A stretch of 64,000 nucleotides of DNA from Octopus vulgaris (lineage: Eukaryota). Each line of letters begins with the position of its first letter. The stretch's first letter is position 1. The notes under the pieces are model-generated. The model searched no databases and was not told where the DNA came from. It was given only the letters and a program-made list of their open reading frames with translations. Location of the stretch: contig OX597819.1 of NCBI GenBank assembly GCA_951406725.2, positions 38,688,001 through 38,752,000 of the forward strand. Reading direction: 5' to 3'. This document shows, one piece after another, positions 1 to 12,670 of this stretch. A program made the position numbers and the translations under genes.

Positions 1-425
1 GATTGGTTGTTCAACCACATCAAAGGATGACCACTGGAATTTATATGTACATTCTTTAAGAGTGAGGAATATGATGAAAGTGGGAACTAAATGTATTAAC
101 TTCATGAAAAAAGTAAGAAAATTTAAAGAAACTTTGAAAAATGTTGTAGTGGAAAATGGTGAATTACTATTGTACCATTATAAAGTTTATTGGCTGACAT
201 GTGGTTAAATAGGTGTGTTGGTTGAATTGTTGATGCATACACCTGAGTGTGAGCATCTATTCACGTAAGAATCTCAGAGAATTTTTGGAATGAATAACAA
301 ATCTTAACTGTGCCACTAATAGATTTCATTTGGAGAATCCTTGTCAGTTTCTTTTGCTCTATTTTTGTGAAACTGAGTATTTCTAGGTTTTTGTTAGTAC
401 ATAATGATGATAGGTACAATATGTA

Positions 426-439
426 TGAGTGTGTGTACG

Positions 440-478
<39 letters not shown>

Positions 479-499
479 ATGTATGTGTGTGAGTATGTG

Positions 500-527
<28 letters not shown>
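426..527. repeat. (TG)n/(TATG)n compound microsatellite
   Basis: Directly visible; source of the HT/YI/VC pseudo-ORFs at 261-616. Confidence 0.95.
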
Positions 528-530
<3 letters not shown>

Positions 531-1320
531 GCAAGCATGAATGCATGCATCCATGTATGTATATATTTACACATTCATGTATGTATAAACTATCTGAAAT
601 ATATTTCAAAGCTTGAAAGAACAGATTCCAGAATAAATGCCGGATTGTTTCAAATTTTTTTCATCAATTTTTGAGATTTACAAATTCAAATCTCAAACTC
701 TGAATATCCAAAATTCTTTTCGATAAAATGCCAGAGAAAATTCTTCATTATTTGGAACTGGAGTATTTCTTCATAGTCTGATAAGAATTTGAAATAGAAA
801 TTTAATAGTCAATCTCTTTTGGAATTTCACAAATTCTATGTAGATATTGCAGTGTAGTTAAGAAGCTTACTTCCTAACTATGTGGTCTCAGATTAAATCC
901 TACATGAAGCAAGTGCCTTCTGCTAACCAAAGCTTTGAGGATAGATTTGGTAGATGGAAAAATGTAAGAAATCTGTGTGTGTGTATATATATATACATAC
1001 ACACACAGGCTTCTTACTTTTTTTGCTGGATTGCATGTTAGTTTCTCTTTTTGCAATCTCTGATTTTATTTTTGAGCTTTATAAATGAAGATATTTCCTC
1101 TGTTTGGCTGCTTTTCTCTCTACAAAATGGAAAGTTACGTTGCAGAACAGTCATTTTAACAAGTTATATTTATTTATCACCTGACAAGATACATCTGCAC
1201 CACTGGATGCTCCTGAACCAGTTGTTGAGTGTCCCACAAAAGAGGAATTTATGCTAGATGTGTCAAAACAATTGTTGTGATTAACAATAAATATTCTCAT
1301 ATATTCCATCTTCTGTCTTT

Positions 1321-1446
1321 CATCATTATCATCATCGTTTAACGTCTGTTTTCCATGCTAGCATGGGTTGGACAAATGACTGAGGGCTGGCAAACCAGAT
1401 GGTTGCACTAGGCTTCAATCTTGATCAAGTAAAGTTTCTACAGCTG
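1321..1446 (-). mobile_element. RTE-LINE 3' tail fragment, cut by an insertion at ~1447
   Basis: catcatcgtttaacgtctgttttccatgctagcatgggttggac is the reverse complement of the tail at 3110-3150, 10080-10140 and 20140-20195. Confidence 0.8.
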
Positions 1447-2892
1447 CGTGTTTCGAAGGTAAGGGCAGAACACGACTATGTTGAAAAAAAAAATTTTATT
1501 CAATTTGCTTTGCAGGAAGGACTGTTTCAATGTAGTCGTCTTCTGCCCTTACCTTCGAAACATACATTGAGTCGAAACAGGGGCAGCTGAAGAAGGGGAA
1601 TGTTCCTTGCATTGTATGTCTCGTACTCTGCTTTTACGTTGTTAAAAAAAAGTCCATTTCCTTGTTTTGTTTTTATGTTTTCATTTCTCGTTGTGTTCTA
1701 TGTTTTTTTGTGGTGTCCTGTACCCATGTATGCATGTATATATACATATAGATGTAGGTATGTACATATATGTATGTATGCATATGTTTTATTTATTAAA
1801 TTGTTATTATATATACACACATATACCTATACATTTATACATATACACATACATATACATGTATATATAGATGCATGCATTTGTATGTACCCTTGTCTTG
1901 ACACCATGTGATATTTGTAAATGAGCATCACTACCATACAAGCAATACTGTTCATCTCTAGTCTTCTGTGAAGATCATTTCTGGTGATGGGGAATATTAT
2001 CCTGCTAACAAATAGCTAAGGGTTGGTGACAAAAAGGGTACTGGACCATAGAAATTTGCCTCAAGGAATTCCATCCAACTCTTGCCAGGGTGGAAAAGAA
2101 GATGTTAACTGATGATGATGAATCTAGGCAAAACAATTTTCTCATTAAAATATGAAGCTTCATTAAATTTAATACAATATATATATACTCTGCAGGATTT
2201 TTGGTGTTGTGGCATTCAAAATCATTATAATTATCAGGCTAATTAATAAATACATTTTAATTAATGTTGTTTAGTGCGATAGCGTGCATATTTATGCATT
2301 TGTAAAATTAAAGCTTCGTTATTTTTTCAGAACAAATGGATTCCTACAGTTTCTCATTCATTAACAATTAATTCTCCCTTCTTACTGCCTATGTAGGCAG
2401 TTAATCAGCTAGAAATAGCAACCAAATAATCCTCCAAAAATATTCTACCATCTAAAAAAAATCTTAATAGAAACACTAGATAATGTTGTCCAAATCCATA
2501 TCTTCTGTAAACATGATAGAAAATTTGTATCATATCTCTTGGACTTTCGAAATTCTTATGATATGAACAACATTAAACAACATACAGTCCTTGTCGGTAA
2601 GAACAAAGCTTCAAAATTGGATGGAGAATATTTGAAGGACTGCTTTGATATAATGGAGGGATGTCTCATATTTACAGATGTGTGTTCAAATCCTATAGAT
2701 ATTTTTTTTCATCCAAGAGTTTCTTTTTTGAACCTAATATTGTGCACTTTGTTATTTATAGCTATACCTACTTTGTGTTCCACCATTAAAAACAATTGAT
2801 TTTATATCCCTTAAAGTTTCTAAATTCTCATGATGTAAACACTCTCAGCCTACACATATATAGATGGACAGATGTGTGTATGTATATACATA

Positions 2893-3151
2893 TGACTGGC
2901 TTCTGTGCTGGTGGCATGTAAAAAGCACCAACCGATCGTGGCCGCTGCCAGCCCCACCCCCAGCACCTGTGCTGGTGGCACATAAAAAGCAACCACTACA
3001 CTCTCGGAGTGGTTGGCGTTAGGAAGGACATCCAGCTGTAGAAACACTGCCAGATCAGACTGGAGCCTGGTGCAGCCTCCTGGCTTCCCAGACCCCGGTC
3101 AAACTGTCCAACCCGTGCTAGCATGGAAAACGGACGTTAAACGATGATGAT
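2893..3151 (+). mobile_element. RTE-LINE 3' UTR/tail fragment
   Basis: Two gtgctggtggcac.taaaaagca modules, then ...gcatggaaaacggacgttaaacgatgatga; same tail as the LINE at 16497-18040. Confidence 0.85.
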
Positions 3152-3694
3152 CTACATGAACACATACAAACACAAGTGTACATGGGCATAAATGTTTACA
3201 TCGTTAATTCTCTTAACATGAAATAAAACAATCAAAATAAGAGCATTGTGGGTCACTTGAATCATTGTAATATTGAATCCTACATAACTAGACTTTTCTA
3301 AGACTATTCTGTTCTTCTGAAGATGGGGCTCTGAGCTCGAAATATAGGTTTTACTGAACTTTCTGCATTGTCAGAAGCTGTCTATTTTCCCTATTTTCAA
3401 ATTAAGCAAAATGTGATTGCGTTGTTTACATCCCCTATAAGCAACACATCCTGTGGCTCTGTACTTCCAACTAGTGGCAACCAATAGCATAAAAAAAAAT
3501 CCTTTCTAAATCAATTGGGAGTTTGGCAACAGGAAGTGCATCTGAACAAATAATACTGTGCCATGGAAACATGAATACAAACAAATGAATGAACTGTGTG
3601 TACAATTAGTGCCAAGGTATTTAATGTAGGGAATATTATTAATAATCTAATTAGAAATAATTATGAGCATGCATGCCTGTATGTATATCTATAA

Positions 3695-3769
<75 letters not shown>

Positions 3770-3884
3770 TATATACATTATTCAAAATAGTTCTGACCTG
3801 GCTGTATGCAGCTTAAAGTTTCGCAGGCCTCTAACAGAAGCCTGTCTCTTTCAGGTTTTAGATTATTGTCCGTCCGTCTGTCCA

Positions 3885-3920
<36 letters not shown>

Positions 3921-4677
3921 AATGACTCAGCAGCCATCAGAAGGAGACTGACTACCAGCACCATGTGAAAAACACGTGAACTTCCAAAACTGACAAAGAT
4001 TAAATTAATGCATTGCAATTTATTTTCCCTTCTCTTACAGCACAATGAAATCATCATAAAATTGATCAAAACCAGATCATATTTTCTTTCTTTTGTGCAT
4101 GATGAAGTTCTTAATGAATTTTCTTTTTGTTTTTTTAATGTAAATTTACTCATGCGAAATCACTTAACCTTTCCAACACACACACACACACACACACACA
4201 CCAGGCTTTCATATAGTTGCTACAAGTTTCTGTTACAAAGTACTGGTCAACATGGGGCCATAGTGGAAAATATTTGACCAAGGTGTTATAGCAGCAAAGA
4301 ACTCAAAACCACGTAATTATGGAGCAAACTCTGTATCTACATAACAATGCTGTCACCTAATAGTTTGGTAATAGAATTTAGATCAGATAGAATCTATAAA
4401 TGCAGTATCAAAGGAAATGGATAAACTGCTAATGAAGAGAGCTGCATGTATCACTTTTTATTCATTTATGTTAGAATTCTCAAACCACTAATGAAATTCA
4501 TAGAATGGAGCAAGCATTGGGTTACACATAATGTAGACCTTCATTCATTGGTCAATGTGGACCATGTATTTGCATATGTATAAGTAGGTCTAGGCAAGAT
4601 GGTTTTGAGGAAGACCAGCAACTGTCCATACAGGCAAGTTCTTCCTATCCATGATATCAATATTTATCTGAGGGCAA

Positions 4678-4870
4678 GGCAATGAGCTGGCAGAATTTTT
4701 AGTGACATTTCATCGGTCTTTACATTATGAGTTCATATTTGCTGAGGCTGAATTTATCTTTCATCCTTTCAGGGTTGATAAAATAAGTACCAGGGTGGGA
4801 ACGGGTGATGTTATCAACATACCTGCTCCCCGAAATTGCTGGCCTTGTGCCAAAATTTGAAACCAATATT
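4678..4870 (+). mobile_element. SINE family B copy
   Basis: gagctggcagaa head, B-box-like gagttcatattt, and the tttcatcctttc.gggt.gataaaataagtacc core shared with 23357, 31227, 36245 and 58314. Confidence 0.75.
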
Positions 4871-5019
4871 TATCTGAGGGAAAGACTGCTGACTTGGGTT
4901 GGTACAGCCTCATACCAGTATTGTCACAGGTATTGTTTACAGACTACAAAGAACCAAAATAGATGTTTGCAAGGCATTCTCACTGAAACTTGAGCAGTTC
5001 TGCCGATCCATCACTTATC

Positions 5020-5190
5020 ATTGTTATCATCATTGCTTAATGTCCACTTTCCATGATGGCATGGGTTGGACTGATCTACAGGATCTGATGAGCTGCAAGG
5101 CTGTGATGAGCTACAGTGTCAGCTTTGGCATAGTTTCTATGGTTGGATGCCCTTTCTATTGCCAACCACTTTACAGAGTGTATTGGGGGG
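5020..5190 (-). mobile_element. Decayed RTE-type tail
   Basis: tccactttccatgatggcatgggttggac...ggatgccctt matches the tail family in reverse. Confidence 0.65.
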
Positions 5191-5433
5191 CGTTTTTCCT
5201 GAAACCAGCACTATTGAGGTTGCAAAACAGGAAAAGGACAGGGATAAATGAAAACGAGTAACTGAATTGGTAATATTTTATTTACTTTGAAATAATGAAA
5301 GGCAAAACTGAATATTACAGGATTTGAACTCAGAGTGTAGGACATCAGAGCAAATACAGGCAGCTTTCAATCCAAAACTCTAATGGCTCGGCCAAGATGC
5401 CATTATAGATATATAAATTAAAATAAATAAAAT

Positions 5434-5530
5434 TAGATCAGATTGGAGCCTGGTGCAGCCATCTGGTTCACCAGTCCTCAGTCAAATCATCCAACCCATG
5501 CTAGCATGGAAGGCGGATATTAAACGATGT

Positions 5531-5563
<33 letters not shown>
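5434..5563 (+). mobile_element. RTE-LINE extreme 3' tail with (GAT)n
   Basis: agatcagattggagcctggtgcagcc...ccaacccatgctagcatggaa followed by (GAT)n. Confidence 0.85.
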
Positions 5564-5564
<1 letters not shown>

Positions 5565-6204
5565 ATAAACAATACAATTGATTTTTCAAAACTGTTCTGC
5601 GATTATCAAAAGGATCATATATTGATGAAAATTAAAATAAATAATATTTTCGAAAGTCTAAGAATTGGTAAATGGGTGAAATGAATCATTGGTTTCTTCA
5701 AATGCATAGGAAAACATATGGTGCCACAGACTTAGCAGGGAAGAGAATAAATCAGTATAGAAACAAATGGTGATGATTTACAGCAATTAATAGGTGTAAC
5801 AGTTGCAGGCCGAGTTAATACTTAATAGTATTTAATGGTGCCATACTAAGAAAACTGGGAATAATGAAGTAGTAAAAATTAATTATAAAAGACAGAAAAG
5901 TGAATGAGAGAGAGAGAGAGAGCATGATATGTATCTATCTATCTATCCACACACACACACAGAATACTAGCCAAAAGCAATATGATGATGGTGATGATGG
6001 TTATCATCAGCATCATCATCATTATTATCAACATCATCACACAGAGTACTAGCGAAAAGTAATTCACTAAAGGAATTAATATAGATCTCAAAATGATAAT
6101 GATGATGATGATAATGATAATGATGATGATGATAATGATAATGATGATGATGTTAACCATCATCACCATCATCCTATCATTTTCATCACCAGCAGTATTT
6201 TTTT

Positions 6205-6585
6205 TATTCTTTTACTTGTTTCAGTCATTTGACAGCGGCCATGCTGGAATACCGCCTTTAGTCAAACAAATCGACCCCCCAGGACTTATTTTTTGTGAGC
6301 CTAGTACTTATTTTATCGGTCTCTTTTTGCTGAATTGCTAAGTTTCAGGGACGTAAACACACCAAGCAATGGTGGGAGGACAACCACAGACACACAAACA
6401 CAAGCACACACACACACATATATGACGGGTTTCTTTCAGTTTCTGTCTATCAAATCCACTCACAAGGCTTTGATCGGCCCGAGGTTATAGTAGAAGAGAC
6501 TTTCCCAAGATGCCACGCAGTGGGATTGAACCCAGAACCATGTGGTTGGGAAGCAAGCTTCTTACCACATGGCCACTGCTGCACC
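6205..6585 (-). mobile_element. SINE family A, near full length (tRNA-derived head, internal microsatellite)
   Basis: On the minus strand: A-box-like tgtggtaag, B-box ggttcaatccc, body ttggg.aag..tcttctactata, tail aatgactgaaacaagtaaaag. Matches 18761, 28550 and 32741. Confidence 0.9.
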
Positions 6586-6599
6586 AATATGTTAACAAA

Positions 6600-7350
6600 G
6601 TTGATGATGATGATGGTAGTGGTGATGTTAATGGTATCAGACCCAGTGACAAAGTTTGTGGCCATATATATATATATATATATATATATAGCAACATTAA
6701 TAAAGATTGTGTCACTGATAAGGGTGATGGTGGAAACAAATAATAGTGATGAAGATGATGATGACAGTGATGAAGAGGATTATGAGAGTGATAGGGACAG
6801 TGATGAAAATGCTAATGAATGTGACAGATGATAAAGATGTGATAATGTCACAAAAAATATCGATGATGTGGGCAATAATATTGATGATAGCTGTGATGAT
6901 GATGGTGATGATAATGATGATGATGATAGTGATGATAATGATGAATATGCTGGTATTTATGATTATCATGGTTTTGTTGATGTTGTTTATGATATTGATG
7001 AGGTTGGTGTTGATGAGGACTATGGCATTTGAAATAACGATCGTATAACAGTGATAATGATATTGATGATAATGGTAGCCATGACAATGGTGATGATGAT
7101 GATGATGGCATAGATAATAATAGATTCTGGCATCAATGATAATGATGGTGATGATGATGATGATGATGATGAAGATGATGATGATGATGAAGATGATGAT
7201 GATGATGATGAGGAGGAGGAAAAGTGGTATTGACGATGATACTAACAATAAACAGAATGATGATGATGTGGGTATTCATAACAAGGATGATTGTATGTTC
7301 AGCATACTAACGATAATGATGTTGATGATAACAACAATGATAATCATGAT
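6600..7350. repeat. Degenerate (GAT)n low-complexity tract
   Basis: Directly visible; gives poly-M/D/I/H pseudo-ORFs. Confidence 0.9.
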
Positions 7351-7375
7351 TTGGTAACCTATCAAGAATTCAGCC

Positions 7376-7511
7376 TCTCTCTCTCTCTCTCTCTCTCTCT
7401 CCCTTTCTCTCTCGAGTCTGTCAAACAACAGCAATACATGCAATGTTGCTATGGTGTAAATGTCTTTATGAAATCCACCCCATGCGATCCATTATATATA
7501 TATATATAAAA

Positions 7512-7589
<78 letters not shown>

Positions 7590-7662
7590 CTATATGTATG
7601 TATGCATATATATATGTGTGTGTGTTTGTTTATCTATACATACATATGTATATATGTGTGTG

Positions 7663-7706
<44 letters not shown>

Positions 7707-7757
7707 CATATATATACATATAGATATATATACATATAGATAGATATATAGATAGAT

Positions 7758-7825
<68 letters not shown>
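7376..7825. repeat. (CT)n/(TA)n/(CA)n compound microsatellite
   Basis: Directly visible. Confidence 0.95.
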
Positions 7826-7827
<2 letters not shown>

Positions 7828-8032
7828 GTCCATATGAGATACTCAGGATATAAAAATGATTGCTTTTTCCATGTGAAACGCTTCAAAATACTGAATCTGT
7901 CAGTGTTCACTGGTCCAGAATGGACTTGCTTGAGTAGATAGCAATTTGTAATCTAGCAGTTGTTGGAAGCTAAATGTGGCAACTACTGATGGTATTGAGA
8001 ACAATAGAGACAGATAGAAAGAGAGAGAGACA

Positions 8033-8959
<927 letters not shown>

Positions 8960-9885
8960 GCATTATATAAATACATGCACACACATGGAGAGAAAGGGAG
9001 ACAGTTAAATACTTAGAGTGCTATAAATGTAAGCATTTGCGTGGACAGGCAGGGACAGAAGCTATATGCACATTGGTTGTGGTGCTTGTTAGAGTAAAGA
9101 GCAGAGATTTATTGAGAAGGATGAAAATGGTAGGTAATATTTTGGGTACAGGAAGTTCATGAAGTGGAATGAATTATTTTTCAGCAAAGAGGAGCGTGAG
9201 GAAAAAGGGGGAAGCGGAGGAGGGGGGCAGAAGAAGGAGGAGGGAGGAGGAGGAGGAGGAGGAGTTCAATGTTTTGGACTTACTCCTTCGTGAGTGAGAT
9301 ATGGTGGCTGAGAGTGGTGAATAAACAGATTGGATGTAAGTGGAAAGAAAAGGAAGAATTAATACTGAAGACTGTAAGAGAAGAGAGGAGACAAGAAACG
9401 TTGGGTAGGAAGGGAACTATGTTGGAAGAAGGAAGAAAATGGTCACTACAAGGAGATAAAACAAGAATACTTGCGACCATGTGAAAAGAATGAGTTAAGC
9501 TCAGGTTCTTTGGAGATTTCTATGTGTTTACTTATATATTTCAGACAGTTTTAACTCCATAGTTGGAATGAGAAGTAGTGACATAGAAAGACAAAAGATG
9601 TTTTTATTATACTATTATTGAGAATTTGGAGATGATCACCATCCTTCTATAAGTTTCGTAACAACAATGACGTTAAACAACTAAGCATGATGCTTCAATA
9701 TTCTCAATGTTTTGTGATATTTAGTTACAACCATTTGAAGTTGATAAAATAATCACCAGTTCAGTACAGTGGGAGCAGGCTACGTCTGCTAAATTAACAA
9801 CACTCCTCCACCAAAATATCTGCAGTTTCTTGTTTAATGCACAGCAGCTCTTACTGAATGAGCTGAGAGCAAATATGATCCAACC

Positions 9886-10140
9886 ACGGCCTCCGTGCTG
9901 GTGGCACGTAAAAAGCACCATCCGATCATGACCGTTTGCCAGCCTTGTCTGGCACGTAAAAAGCACCCACTACACTCACGGAGTGGTTGGCATTAGGAAG
10001 GGCATCCAGCCGTAGAAACATTGCCAGATCAGACTGGGCCTGGTGCAGCCTTCTGGCTTCCCAGACCCCAGGTGAACCGTCCAACCCATGCTAGCATGGA
10101 AAGCGGACGCTAAACGACGACGACGATGATGATGATGATG
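9886..10140 (+). mobile_element. RTE-LINE 3' UTR/tail fragment
   Basis: gtgctggtggcacgtaaaaagcacc modules, tail, and (GAC/GAT)n end. Confidence 0.9.
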
Positions 10141-10147
10141 AGAACTA

Positions 10148-11485
10148 CAGGCTGGGGCAAAAAGGACAGACGTTTTTGAAATGGCTATTACTCAGCCCCA
10201 GTGGGAGGGACATATATCTGACAGGTACCATTCTGTCCATGGTGTCTTAGCATTTTTTTTTCTTTTCAGGTGAAACCATGGCACTGTGGACAATAGAGCA
10301 TTGTATGTTTGCCTACGATAGTTACACTAAGAATAATGAGTCTGTCACAGCAGTTCAGCATGAGTTTCAGCATCTCTTCAACATTCACCGAAATCAGGTT
10401 GTTCCTACCCATACCCATAACGCAATCTTACAATGGGTGAATGCTCGTTGTACATGAGGTACACTAATGAATAAGAGACTGGTGGGGGTGCCACAAATGG
10501 TACGGACCCTGGAAAATGTGGAACATGTCAAACAAGCTTTGATAATGGAGGCCAAATCGCTCTGCTTGGAGGCATTCCACTGAACTTGGCATTGGTAATC
10601 GATCGGTAAGGTATATTTTGCATGAAGACCTGCATTTCCTCTCATACAAATTGGTCATAGGGCCATCGTTGAAACCATGGGACTATGCACAGCGGGTTAA
10701 CTTCGCACGTCAGATGCAAGCGATTTTTGTGGCAAATGACAATCTCATTTTGTTAATGAGTGATGAAGCTCATTTTCATCTCAATGGCATGGTGAATCAA
10801 CAGAACTGTTGTTATTGGACTCTTGAAAATCTGAGAGAACAGCATGAAAGACCCACTGCACAGCCCAAAAGTGACAGTCTGGTGTGCTGTTGAAAAACCT
10901 GTCATCATTGGTCCTTACCTTTTTTAAGACAGTAATGGAAAAGCTGTTACTGTGAATTCTGAGAGTTACATCGAGATGATAAACAAATTCTTTGTGCCTG
11001 AATTATGATGAAAACTTATGTCTTTTTGATGTGTGTGGTTTCAGCAAGATGGGGCAACAGCCCACACAGCTAGAGCATCAATAGACATTCTTTGCCCTCT
11101 TTTTGGTGACTGCCTCATTTCCAGATTTGCTGAAATTCTTTGGCCCCCCTCAGTCCCCTGATTTGTCCATGTGTGGTTATTTCTTGAGGGGAAGCCCCAA
11201 GGTACATGTGTATGCACTTAATCACTGTACATTGGACGATTTGAAGGAAGTTATTCACGTGGAAGTTGCCCAAATCGACCGAGCAATACTGGAGAGAGTG
11301 GAGGTCAACTTCTAAGAATGCCTTCAGAAATGCATCAGTGAAAATGGACACCACATGATAGAAGTTTTTTTCTTGACAAATGCTGATTTAATGCAAGCAT
11401 ATTGATGTTAATAAAATTTGTTTGCAGCTAAAATTAATGATTTTGTAAATTTTTCAAAATCGTCCATCTTCTCTGCCCTACCCTG
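10148..11485 (+). mobile_element. Full-length, decayed Tc1/mariner-superfamily transposon, DD41D (rosa)-type
   Basis: TA at 10146-47 and 11486-87. TIRs: caggctggggcaaaaaggacagacgtttttgaaa versus the reverse-complemented right end cagggtagggcagagaagatggacgattttgaaa. Transposase motifs inside. Confidence 0.9.
10278..11360 (+). pseudogene. Disrupted DDD transposase
   Basis: ATG at 10278 (MALWTIEH...ESVTAVQHEF), then SDEAHFHLNGMVNQQN, FQQDGATAHTA and WPPQSPDLSMC[G]YF. After correcting a +1 C, 41 residues lie between the second D and the mutated third position. Several stops and frameshifts. Confidence 0.88.
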
Positions 11486-11615
11486 TACATTGTCTGATGT
11501 ACGTTTCATTATATTCAAGTCAGTGTTATTCAATTCAAGGGTGATTAAGTTGCTATATCTAGCAGGGTAAATGGCCACTGAGAGGTTCTCTCATTGGTTT
11601 AGATTAACTGTATTT

Positions 11616-11872
11616 ACATTATTTACATTTGATGAATATTTGTCCTCATCTTGTTTGTTGTTTACACAATATTTTGGCTGATATACCCTCCAGCCTTCAT
11701 CAGGTGTCTTGGGGAAATTTCGAACCTGGGTTGCCTAAGGTATTTTTCAATGTTATCATTATTATTATTATAATTAATATTATTATTCAGGTCACTGCTT
11801 GGAATCGAACTTTGGAATCATGTGGTTAGTAGCTACTAACCCCAAGATTCTGAGTTCAATTCTAAGCAGTGA

Positions 11873-11940
<68 letters not shown>

Positions 11941-12149
11941 GTAATAATAATAACAACAACAACAACAACAACAACATCGAAAAATGCTTTAGGAATGAGA
12001 ACCCAGGTTCAAAATTTCTTCAAGACACCTGATGAAGGCTGGAGGGTATAGCAGCCGAAACGTTGTGTTAACGACAAACAAGATGAGGACAAATATCCGT
12101 CAAATGTAAATAATGTACATAATTCCTCATCTCTTAAATATAGAACTGT
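11616..12149. mobile_element. Palindromic (head-to-head) hammerhead-bearing element with a 13-bp TSD; Penelope-associated SINE-like
   Basis: Arms 11615-11832 and 11833-12117 are inverted copies centred on ggttagtag|ctactaacc. attaactgtattt is repeated at 11603-11615 and 12150-12162. Confidence 0.8.
12024..12069 (+). ncRNA. Minimal type I hammerhead ribozyme motif
   Basis: gacac-CTGATGA-a-ggctg..cagcc-GAAA-C-GTT-gtgtt. Both core boxes are present, helix II is 5 bp, helix I is gacac/gtgtt, helix III is palindromic and loopless (ACGT), and the cleavage triplet is GUU. Confidence 0.7.
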
Positions 12150-12229
12150 ATTAACTGTATTTGTTCCACAAGTTTGCTTCGGCTGAGTTGAGCAAGATTA
12201 TTTAAGACCAAAACAATATGATAGGTAAA

Positions 12230-12670
12230 AGATGATGATGGTGACAATGATGAAGATGATGATGATGAGGAGGAGGAGGAGAAGGAGGAGGGTGATGATA
12301 ATGATGAGGATGAGGAGGAAGAGGGGAAGGAGGGGGGGTGATGATGAGAAAGAAGAGGAACTAAGGAAGATGAAGAGGAGGAGGAAGGGGAAGATGAGTG
12401 GAGGATGATGATAAGAAAGAAGAGGAACTAAGGAAGATGAAGAGGAGGAGGAAGGGGAAGAGGAAGAGGAGGGGAGGATGATGATGAGAAAGAAGAGGAA
12501 CTAAGGAAGATGAAGAGGAGGACGAGGGAGGGGAAGATGAGGGGAGGATGATGTTGAGAAAGAAGAGGAACTAAGGAAGATGAAGAGGAGGGGAGGAAGA
12601 TGAAGGGGAGGGGAGGAAGATGAAGAGGAGGAGGAAGGGGAGGAGCAGGGTAAGGAAGAGGAGGATGACA
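12230..12670. repeat. Purine-rich tract with a ~70-bp tandem unit
   Basis: agaaagaagaggaactaaggaagatgaagaggag occurs four times, about 70 bp apart. Confidence 0.85.

Noticed and set aside
11660-11708. Functional hammerhead in the left arm of the palindrome
   Set aside because: GAAACGTT is mutated to AAAATATT on the minus strand.
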